Assembly: GCA_001192655.1 (NCBI GenBank)
Contig: BBVC01000017.1
Coordinates: 1-12,359, forward strand
Length of the DNA: 12,359 nucleotides
DNA from: Caedimonas varicaedens
Lineage (GTDB): Bacteria > Pseudomonadota > Alphaproteobacteria > Caedimonadales > Caedimonadaceae
Direction: 5' to 3'
In this document: one piece after another, positions 6,707 to 12,359 of the stretch
Layout: every line of letters starts with the position of its first letter
Position numbering within the stretch: the stretch's first letter is position 1
Translations under genes and position numbers: made by a program
Notes under the pieces: generated by a model
The model's input: the letters and a program-made list of their open reading frames with translations, nothing else
Database searches by the model: none
Told to the model about the DNA's origin: nothing

Positions 6707-6714
6707 CAGAACCC

Positions 6715-7890
6715 ATGACCATGTCTGATTCCCTGCCTCAACGGGGTGGTTCTGCAATGCCTTTCTCTCCGGGGAAACCCTTTTCCCTGATTTCTCTTTT
6801 TTCCGGTGTGGGGGGCATGGACAGGGGATTTGAAAAAGCAGGCTTTAACATCCTCTGGGCGAACGACCGGGATCAAACTGTGATACCCTCGTATACGTCT
6901 TTCTTTCCCTATACCGTTTTTGACAGCCGTTCCCTCCGGGATATTTCTGGAACAGAACTTCCCAAAGCAGCTGGCGTTATTGGCGGGCCACCCTGTCAAT
7001 CATGGAGTGCGGGGGGTGCGCGCAGGGGAATTCATGACCCTCAAGGTCAGCTTTTTGAGGACTACCTCCGCGTCCTTCATCACGTTCAACCCCTGTTCTT
7101 TGTGGCAGAAAACGTCCCAGGACTGATTCAGGGTAACAACAGAGCGTTCTTTCACCAGATGCTTCAGAGGATGGAACAGGAAGGGTACCTGGTGACTTGG
7201 AAAGTCGTGAATGCTCATGATTATGGCGTTCCCCAAGACAGGAGGCGGGTCTTCATCGTGGGGTATCATCACTCCCTGAATAAAGGATTTGTCTTTCCTC
7301 CTCCCCTGTCGTGCAGACCCACTTTAAGAAACGCTATTTTTGACCTCCGACGACTGAAGATCGGCGCTTCTCGTAAAGTTGCTAACCATGATCTTTTTGT
7401 CTCCGGTTATTCCCCTCGTTTCATGAGCCGAAACCGCGTGCGTCCGTGGCACAAACCCTCCTTTACCATTCTGGCGTCTGCGCGCTTTATCCCCCTTCAT
7501 CCCCAATCCCCTGTGATGGTTTCAGGCAAAGAGGGAAAGACGAAGCAATTTGCCCCAGGTCATGAACATCTCTATCGCCGTTTAACAGTACGGGAATGCG
7601 CCCGCATCCAGACCTTTCCCGATGATTGTCATTTTATCTACACCCATGTCAGACACGGCTACCGCATGGTGGGGAATGCCGTTCCTGTAGAACTGGCTTT
7701 TCATCTGGCCAGAGCGATTCGGACAGATCTGGAACAATATCAACACACGGAACAAAAAGAGGCCGTTTGCCAAACGCAGCACCCCTTCACCACAGAGGCG
7801 CGTCCTGATGTTTTACCGGAACGCTTCGAGAACTCTGGCATCATCTCCACCAACACTTCTTCTCAAACAACCCAAAGAGAGGACGCATGA
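6715..7890 (+). CDS. DNA (cytosine-5)-methyltransferase, M.HaeIII/M.NgoPII-like
   Basis: All C5-MTase motifs are present: I LFSGVGGMDRGF, IV GGPPCQSWS, VI FVAENVPGL, VIII QDRRRVFIVG, IX RRLTVRECARIQTFPD, and X GNAVPVELA. The variable region FMSRNRVRPWHKPSFTILASARFIPLHPQSPVM closely resembles my recollection of M.HaeIII. Confidence 0.93.
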   Translation: MTMSDSLPQRGGSAMPFSPGKPFSLISLFSGVGGMDRGFEKAGFNILWANDRDQTVIPSYTSFFPYTVFDSRSLRDISGTELPKAAGVIGGPPCQSWSAGGARRGIHDPQGQLFEDYLRVLHHVQPLFFVAENVPGLIQGNNRAFFHQMLQRMEQEGYLVTWKVVNAHDYGVPQDRRRVFIVGYHHSLNKGFVFPPPLSCRPTLRNAIFDLRRLKIGASRKVANHDLFVSGYSPRFMSRNRVRPWHKPSFTILASARFIPLHPQSPVMVSGKEGKTKQFAPGHEHLYRRLTVRECARIQTFPDDCHFIYTHVRHGYRMVGNAVPVELAFHLARAIRTDLEQYQHTEQKEAVCQTQHPFTTEARPDVLPERFENSGIISTNTSSQTTQREDA

Positions 7891-9023
7891 TGCCCCTGAA
7901 TCCTCACAGTCCTTTCACGTTCATCGATCTGTTTGCCGGTATCGGGGGCATGCGCCAAGGGTTTGAAGAAAAAGGCGGACGCTGTGTGTTGGCTTGCGAG
8001 AAAGATCCTCACGCCCAAACCACCTATGATGCCAATTATGCCTGTGAGGATCATCCTGTCGTGGGTGATATCACGCTTCTCTCTCCCCAGGAGATTCCGC
8101 CTCACGATCTTTTGTTGGCAGGGTTTCCCTGTCAGCCCTTTTCTCAGGCGGGACTACCTTCCCGTCAACGTCTGGGCAAACACACCGGTTTTGCCTGTCC
8201 TTCTCAGGGGTCGCTGTTTTTTGAGATCGCGCGTGTTCTCCAGGTTCATCGTCCCCGAGCCTTTTTACTGGAGAATGTGAAGAATCTTCTCACCCATGAT
8301 CAGGGACGCACGTGGGGTCTTCTTCTGCAAACCTTGTGCGCTGATCTGGGGTACTCTGTCCAAACCCGTGTTCTCAATGCCCGCTTTTGGGTTCCCCAAC
8401 ACAGAGAGCGGGTCTTTATCGTCGGATTTGCCCAGGAAACAGAGTTTGATTTTTCAGCCCTGACCATTCCCTCGATGGATCCTCTGCCGTGCCTTCAGGA
8501 TATTCTTCATCGTGAAGATGGCTCCCAGGAAGCTGAAGCGCCCTATACCCAGGGCAAGAAAGCCAAGGTTTCAGAACGGTATACCCTGTCTGACCGGTTA
8601 TGGTCTTCCCTTCAGCGTCATGCCCGCAAACACCGAGAGAAAGGTCATGGCTTTGGGTATCACTTGACCCCTCGAGAGGGGGTTGCCCACACGCTGTCTG
8701 CCCGTTACGGCAAAGACGGCTCTGAAATCCTCATCCCTCAACCGGGCAAAAACCCCCGACGCCTGACACCGCGGGAATGTGCGCGCCTTATGGGATTTGA
8801 TGCGCCCAAAGAGAGCCGGTTTCGCATTCCCGTTTCAGATACTCAAGCCTACCGGCAGTTTGGCAATGCCGTGGTGGCGCCTGTGGCGGGAGCCATTGCC
8901 TCTCATATGGCGCCATGGATTCAGAGGGGGAAGGCAAACCATGAGCCTTTCTCATCACCGCAAGAAGAAAAACCTTTGTCTTGTCCCGCGTCTTTCTCTT
9001 CTTCTCAGGAGTATTTTTCATGA
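7887..9023 (+). CDS. dcm: DNA (cytosine-5)-methyltransferase, Dcm/M.EcoRII-like
   Basis: The start overlaps the upstream stop (ATGA). Motifs are I LFAGIGGMRQGF, IV GFPCQPFSQAG, VI LLENVKNL, VIII PQHRERVFIVGF, RRLTPRECARLMGF, and X QFGNAVVAPV. The segments HTGFACPSQGSLFF, KHREKGHGFGYHL, TLSARYGKDGSEILI and FRIPVSDTQAYRQFGN match my recollection of E. coli Dcm almost block for block. Confidence 0.93.
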   Translation: MMPLNPHSPFTFIDLFAGIGGMRQGFEEKGGRCVLACEKDPHAQTTYDANYACEDHPVVGDITLLSPQEIPPHDLLLAGFPCQPFSQAGLPSRQRLGKHTGFACPSQGSLFFEIARVLQVHRPRAFLLENVKNLLTHDQGRTWGLLLQTLCADLGYSVQTRVLNARFWVPQHRERVFIVGFAQETEFDFSALTIPSMDPLPCLQDILHREDGSQEAEAPYTQGKKAKVSERYTLSDRLWSSLQRHARKHREKGHGFGYHLTPREGVAHTLSARYGKDGSEILIPQPGKNPRRLTPRECARLMGFDAPKESRFRIPVSDTQAYRQFGNAVVAPVAGAIASHMAPWIQRGKANHEPFSSPQEEKPLSCPASFSSSQEYFS

Positions 9024-9325
9024 ATTCGACGTTTCCCTCCCTGACCTTTCTTCTGTTTCGTACGTGTGTGTCAGAACCGCAAAGAGTTATTTCTTCCTGC
9101 GTCATTCTGGTGACGGCTGTGGCGGCCGGTGTCGTTTATGCAGGCGTTCCCGTTCTCGTGGGCTTTTTGCTCTCTCTGACGGTGCTGCTTGTGATCGTGA
9201 ACATCCTTTCTTCTTCTGTGTCAACCCTGACAGAACAGCAGGACAAGGTTCTCAAGTCTGTTTTGCTCCCTCTGCTTTATCTTTCCCCCTTTCTTGTTTC
9301 AAGGAGAATGCGTGATGAACCGTAA
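9020..9325 (+). CDS. Small hypothetical membrane protein (about 101 aa, predicted 2-TM hairpin) directly preceding traL
   Basis: ATG 9020 overlaps the M2 stop (ATGA) and follows AGGAG (9007-9011) at 8-nt spacing. It has a continuous hydrophobic core, VISSCVILVTAVAAGVVYAGVPVLVGFLLSLTVLLVIVNIL. No motif was recognised. Confidence 0.6.
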   Translation: MNSTFPSLTFLLFRTCVSEPQRVISSCVILVTAVAAGVVYAGVPVLVGFLLSLTVLLVIVNILSSSVSTLTEQQDKVLKSVLLPLLYLSPFLVSRRMRDEP

Positions 9326-9614
9326 AGAACACCGTATTTATCAATATCTCTCGGAACCCCTGAGATTGATGGGACTCACCGTGGACGAACTTGTTCTGGG
9401 CGGCGGGGGTCTGCTGGGCTGTTTGTTTGCGGACAGCTTTCTGGTCAAGACGGGGTGCGGGATTGTAGGCATCGGGGGCGTCTTTGCCCTCAAGAAGTTT
9501 AAAAAGAGCGTCTCGGGATTTTCTCTGGGTTCTTTTCTTCATTGGTATGGGGGCATTATGCCCGGACGACCCTTTGCCTGGCCACCTTCTCACAAAAGGT
9601 TCTGGCTGTCATGA
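9315..9614 (+). CDS. traL: F-type conjugative transfer system protein TraL
   Basis: ATG 9315 follows AAGGAGA (9301-9307). The 99-aa protein matches the F TraL pattern: YQYLSEPLRLMGLTVDELV (compare YRFPETL...GLPLDEL), KKFKKSVSGFSLGSFLHWY (compare KKLKKGRGSSWLRDLIYWY), and the C-terminal P.S.KRFW. Confidence 0.85.
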   Translation: MNRKEHRIYQYLSEPLRLMGLTVDELVLGGGGLLGCLFADSFLVKTGCGIVGIGGVFALKKFKKSVSGFSLGSFLHWYGGIMPGRPFAWPPSHKRFWLS

Positions 9615-10171
9615 ATCTGAAACACTTTTCCCATACCCTGTCACGGATGATCAAACAGCGCAACTTTTCAGCCTTGGTCACCGTTGTGTTGCTGGCCAGC
9701 AATCTCTTGCTCTGCGTCAAGGTGGTGAATCAAGACGATCACTGGGTCATTATCCCCTGGCCGGAAACAGACCGCCGTCTTCCCTTGAGTCGTCACAATC
9801 TCACCGATCGGTATCTCATTGATTGGGCAGATGGCTTGACCAGTCGTCTGTTGACCATGAATCCCCAAACAGCGGATCAGCGTCTTTATGAGTTTCTGCT
9901 CATCACCGAAAGCTCGGGTACCATCGAGGCCAAACTCAAAAAACAGGTCGAAACTCTGAAGAGCGAGAACATCAGCACGGCTTTTTATCCCCGAGAGTAT
10001 GCCGTGAAGAAAGACGCCCGTCAGGTCTGGGTCACAGGGGATTTCCATACCTTCTTCGGCAAGGACAAGAATCCGGTCATTCAAAAGAGAACAGTGGTCT
10101 TGACCTATAGCACCAATGGCAAGGGATGCATTCTCGTGAAACACTTTTTTTATGAGGGAGAACATGACTAA
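9611..10171 (+). CDS. traE: F-type conjugative transfer system protein TraE
   Basis: ATG 9611 overlaps the traL stop (ATGA). It is 186 aa with an N-terminal TM segment (FSALVTVVLLASNLLLCV). The C-terminal block ISTAFYPREYAVKKDARQVWVTGDFHTFFGKDKNP parallels F TraE (SAFFQTS..V....GRVEIRGVLKTWIGDSKP). Size and gene order fit. Confidence 0.85.
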   Translation: MNLKHFSHTLSRMIKQRNFSALVTVVLLASNLLLCVKVVNQDDHWVIIPWPETDRRLPLSRHNLTDRYLIDWADGLTSRLLTMNPQTADQRLYEFLLITESSGTIEAKLKKQVETLKSENISTAFYPREYAVKKDARQVWVTGDFHTFFGKDKNPVIQKRTVVLTYSTNGKGCILVKHFFYEGEHD

Positions 10172-11114
10172 AACAGATATTTTTTTACAGATTCTCTTCC
10201 CCCGGAGACGCAAGCTTGAGGGAAGGGTGAGGAACGACCGCGCTTCTGTAGGGTGGATAAGAAATCTCCCCCATGGTCGCAAGCGTCAACGATTTTCCCT
10301 GGGAAAGTTCAGAACCGCAGGAAGAAACATGGCTCTTGTGATGCTCATGGGATTGATGCCCGTTTATGGGGCTGTTCCCCTGAATGATACGGCGGTGATG
10401 GACGTCAACATCTCCCGCAAGGGATTGACCCGTCTGTCGGTCAAAGGGGACGGGATTCAGGATATTTTTGTCTATCCCGTGATATCGGGAGAGGTGGCTC
10501 TGCAGGATGCGGTTCAGCTTCACAAGAGCGGTCATGTCTTTATGGCGCCCGAGGGGATCAAGGAGCCTTTTTATCTCACCGTGATCACCCAAAAAGGACA
10601 CGTTCAGGATTTAAAAATCTCTCCTATGACCCAACAGAGCGTTCCCCTGATTCTGACTCTTCCTGAATCTCCCCAAGACCCTCATGACGCTCTTCAGCAA
10701 GAACGGAACGTTCTGGAGAAATATCTTCTGTCTGCCCTTCAGGGCATTCCGCCCAGAGGATTTACACAACTCTCTCTCTCGGACGCCTCATCTCGCCAGA
10801 TCGGGAATCTTGCCGTGACGCCCCTCCATCTCTACGGGTCAGACCGATATCTCCTGAGTGTGTGTGATCTGGAGAACACAGGGGAGCAAGACCTGACCCT
10901 GATGGCCGAGAGTTTTCTGTCGTCTTCTGATTTGGCGGTGGTGTTCGAGCGTCCCGTTCTGACGCCTCAGAGCAAAATCCGTATGGTGATTGTCAGCCCT
11001 CGTCACGAGGGTCTACCTGTTCTTTCAGACGACAACCCTGTTCTGACCGAACCTTTATCACCCTCACCGTCACCATCATCCTCACCCCCAACAATAAAAG
11101 GAGACCCTGAATGA
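10164..11114 (+). CDS. traK: F-type conjugative transfer system protein TraK (secretin-like/VirB9-analogue); start uncertain
   Basis: The frame is open from 10152. ATG 10164 follows GAGGGAG and overlaps the traE end. ATG 10329 follows AGGAAG and would give 261 aa beginning at the signal-like MALVMLMGLMPVYGA. The body (VNISRKGLTRLSVKGDGIQDIFVYP ... DLAVVFERPVLTPQSKIRMVIV) fits the TraK pattern and its position after traE. Confidence 0.75.
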   Translation: MTKTDIFLQILFPRRRKLEGRVRNDRASVGWIRNLPHGRKRQRFSLGKFRTAGRNMALVMLMGLMPVYGAVPLNDTAVMDVNISRKGLTRLSVKGDGIQDIFVYPVISGEVALQDAVQLHKSGHVFMAPEGIKEPFYLTVITQKGHVQDLKISPMTQQSVPLILTLPESPQDPHDALQQERNVLEKYLLSALQGIPPRGFTQLSLSDASSRQIGNLAVTPLHLYGSDRYLLSVCDLENTGEQDLTLMAESFLSSSDLAVVFERPVLTPQSKIRMVIVSPRHEGLPVLSDDNPVLTEPLSPSPSPSSSPPTIKGDPE

Positions 11115-11207
11115 TCTTTGCTCTTGTTCATTTTGACCGCACAGAATCTTTATCACCCCCCACACCAAAAGGAGACCCTGAATGATGTTTTCTCTTGTTC
11201 ATTTTGA
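11096..11207. repeat. Two 41-bp direct repeats (39/41 identical, 71-bp period), each carrying AAGGAG, 7 nt, then ATG and the first 9 codons of an ORF
   Basis: Copy 1 (11096-11136) is aaaaggagaccctgaatgatctttgctcttgttcattttga. Copy 2 (11167-11207) is aaaaggagaccctgaatgatgttttctcttgttcattttga. The flanking motif cTTTATCAcc recurs at about 11053, 11147 and 11218. Confidence 0.9.
11111..11185 (+). CDS. Candidate 24-aa mini-ORF (MIFALVHFDRTESLSPPTPKGDPE) created by the junction duplication
   Basis: There is a perfect SD (AAGGAG 11098-11103) 7 nt before ATG 11111. The ATG overlaps the traK stop (ATGA), and its own stop overlaps the next ATG (ATGA). Its N-terminus is paralogous to that of the next ORF, and its C-terminus (KGDPE) matches the TraK C-terminus. 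Translation is unproven. Confidence 0.35.
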   Translation: MIFALVHFDRTESLSPPTPKGDPE

Positions 11208-11625
11208 GAGAAAAAAACCTTTATCAACGTCATCTGCAACACACAAAGAAGACGTCCTGATGCTCTCTGCTTTTACCCCTGATAGAAAGGAATCCATGAT
11301 GAAACAGCAACTTTCCCCCACCCTTCTTCCCTTGTTCAGAAAACACAAACTGTCCATGATCCTGGGCGCTTATGCTCTGGCGACCTTGACCAGTTTCTGG
11401 CTCTCGGGCGAGGCCTTTGCCACCAAGATTGAGGATCAGCTGGAGGCGGTTCACAAACTCACCACCGGCGGGGTTGTTAAAACAGGCATGGGAGTGGCCA
11501 CCATTGGGGGAGCCGTGGTGGCGGTGATGAAGCAATCCCCCGGTCTGGCCGCAGTGGTGGCAGGCATCGGGATTGCCTTTTCCTATTACATGGGCTGGCT
11601 TAATAAATATGACTGGTCAAAATAA
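11182..11625 (+). CDS. Putative conjugative propilin (TraA/VirB2-like architecture) with a long leader
   Basis: A perfect SD (AAGGAG 11169-11174) sits 7 nt before ATG 11182; an alternative start is ATG 11296. There is a signal-like segment KHKLSMILGAYALATLTSFWLSGEAFA followed by TK. The predicted mature part is about 67 aa, with a hydrophilic head, two Gly/Ala/Val-rich hydrophobic helices (GMGVATIGGAVVAVM and GLAAVVAGIGIAFSYYMGWL) and a basic loop between them. This matches F-pilin in size and layout. The call rests on architecture, not sequence identity. Confidence 0.6.
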   Translation: MMFSLVHFERKKPLSTSSATHKEDVLMLSAFTPDRKESMMKQQLSPTLLPLFRKHKLSMILGAYALATLTSFWLSGEAFATKIEDQLEAVHKLTTGGVVKTGMGVATIGGAVVAVMKQSPGLAAVVAGIGIAFSYYMGWLNKYDWSK

Positions 11626-12359
11626 TGAAGAAACTGCTCTCTCGTCTCACCGCGTCAACGCCTGACCCCGGGCGGATGCGCTTTCAGCAAATCGCTCTGG
11701 TGATGGGTTTGGTCATCCTGAGCCTTTTGTTGGGGAAAATTCTGCTGACCGGTTCGTCGGAAGTCTTGAGAGAAGAAAAAGAAGAAGAACGCAAGGAGAG
11801 CGTTTCTCTCAACACGCCCTTTGAAGCGGTCAATCCTCGGGACATCTGGGTGAATCGTGTGCAAACCCAGGCCGAAGAGGCCAAAGGAGAAGCGCGGGCA
11901 GTTCGGGAAGAGAACACGCTTTTAAGCCAGAAAGTAGACGCTTTGGAGAAATTGTTTCAAAGCGGTTCTCATGCGGGAGGAGAAAAACCATCTTTGAACA
12001 TCCCTCCTTCTTCTGACCTACCCCTTCTTGACAAGGACACAAGACCCCCTCAAAAAGCCCCTCCGCTGTCTGTTCCCGAGATTCCTTCTTCTCCCAACAA
12101 TCCCCCTTTATCGGAGGGTTCTCTTCAGGGAGAAGATCACCTGCTGGGGTCGGCTTCTTCCTCCAGAATTCTTCAGGTGAGCTTGCAGGAGAATCTGCGG
12201 GGGCTGCTTAAAAATACAGAGAATTACGTGCCGGCGGGTTCTTACGCTAGGGCTGTTCTGACCTCGGGCGTGGTCGCCTCCACCGCTCTTCAGGCGTCCA
12301 GTCAGCCCCAACCTGTTCTTTTACGTCTGGTGGATGACGGACATCTTCCCCGGGTGTTT
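11625..12359 (+). CDS. traB: F-type conjugative transfer system protein TraB (VirB10-like), N-terminal 245 codons; runs off the right window edge
   Basis: Not in the ORF track because there is no stop in the window. ATG 11625 overlaps the upstream TAA (TAATG). My translation is open to the window end: MKKLLSRLTAS...IALVMGLVILSLLLGKILL (TM), a coiled-coil-like segment EEAKGEARAVREENTLLSQKVDALEKL, a Pro-rich linker, then NYVPAGSYARAVLTSGVVASTALQASSQPQPVLLRLVD. The last block parallels F TraB (YIPSGTFAKAMLIEGADANAS...PMQLRL). Confidence 0.85.
   Translation, partial: MKKLLSRLTASTPDPGRMRFQQIALVMGLVILSLLLGKILLTGSSEVLREEKEEERKESVSLNTPFEAVNPRDIWVNRVQTQAEEAKGEARAVREENTLLSQKVDALEKLFQSGSHAGGEKPSLNIPPSSDLPLLDKDTRPPQKAPPLSVPEIPSSPNNPPLSEGSLQGEDHLLGSASSSRILQVSLQENLRGLLKNTENYVPAGSYARAVLTSGVVASTALQASSQPQPVLLRLVDDGHLPRVF

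Larger units (their letters stand above)
2340..12359 (+). mobile_element. Left part of an integrative conjugative element or genomic island (integrase, replication-like module, methyltransferases, F-type T4SS); it continues beyond the window
   Basis: There is an abrupt compositional shift at about 2340-2360. A tyrosine integrase is the first gene, all genes share one orientation, and the content is conjugation genes traL/E/K/B. The left boundary is approximate. The right end and any att repeat are outside the window. Confidence 0.8.

Noticed and set aside
6458-6718. An 86-aa ORF (the tail of track ORF 6287..6718, starting MMLNTRDQ...) that fills the ssb-MTase spacer and contains a repeated LFQGR(K/Q)N peptide.
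   Set aside because: It contains the strong terminator hairpin and the DNA-level 15-bp repeats, which explain the peptide repeat. It has no SD before ATG 6458/6461, and the translation looks non-protein-like. I treat the region as regulatory, although translation cannot be excluded without data.
8779-9315. A 178-aa plus-strand ORF, and a 105-aa minus-strand ORF (8788..9105), overlapping the end of the second methyltransferase and the small membrane gene.
   Set aside because: These are alternative frames of regions already explained by motif-bearing or SD-preceded genes. The translations are Arg- and Cys-rich and lack motifs.
10252-10260. The DnaA-box-like 9-mer GGTGGATAA (8/9 match to TGTGGATAA). 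A weaker 7/9 match is at 1874-1882 upstream of dnaA.
   Set aside because: A few 8/9 matches are expected by chance in 12 kb on two strands. They are single and unclustered, so they give no support for an origin or a regulatory DnaA site.
9668-10601. Minus-strand ORFs of 204 aa (9668..10282) and 138 aa (10185..10601), antisense to traE and traK.
   Set aside because: The sense strand encodes recognisable TraE and TraK. The antisense translations have no motifs and would break the co-directional operon.
1-12359. A window-wide check for CRISPR arrays, rRNA or tRNA genes, IS or transposase genes, restriction endonucleases, toxin-antitoxin pairs, and known defence-system hallmarks.
   Set aside because: No spaced repeat array was seen, and no recognisable RNA gene. 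No ORF has DDE, HNH, PD-(D/E)xK or other such motifs that I could recognise by eye. The only repeats are the short tandem or duplicated ones reported above.

Overview
The window crosses a boundary between an AT-rich chromosomal core and the left end of a higher-GC integrative conjugative element (ICE). Hand counts of sampled 60-nt lines give about 35-42% GC for the core and about 45-60% for the island. The core (1-2340) is all on the minus strand: a truncated XRE-family HTH regulator, dnaA and rpsT, with a near-consensus sigma70 promoter for rpsT. From about 2340 to the window end everything is on the plus strand. In order: a P4-like tyrosine integrase; a 724-aa multi-domain replication-initiator-like protein, which has an N-terminal winged-helix region, three 21-bp iteron-like repeats inside its own coding sequence, a DnaA-domain-I-like segment and a roughly 340-aa Ser/Pro-rich tail; a short SSB coupled to it; an intergenic region with a hairpin terminator and repeats; and two tandem DNA cytosine-5 methyltransferases (one M.HaeIII-like, one Dcm/M.EcoRII-like) with no endonuclease or vsr in view. 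These run by 4-nt ATGA overlaps into an F-type type IV secretion (mating-pair formation) block: a small 2-TM membrane protein, traL, traE, traK, a pilin-like precursor, and traB, which runs off the window. No tRNA, rRNA, CRISPR array or transposase was seen. The points most worth follow-up are the origin-inside-the-initiator-gene architecture (as in lambda O/ori), the DnaA-N-like domain on an island inserted beside the host dnaA, the orphan methyltransferase pair joined to the tra operon, and a 71-bp duplicated module (SD, start codon and peptide) at the traK/pilin junction. All homology statements come from by-eye motif recognition and recall, not from searches.
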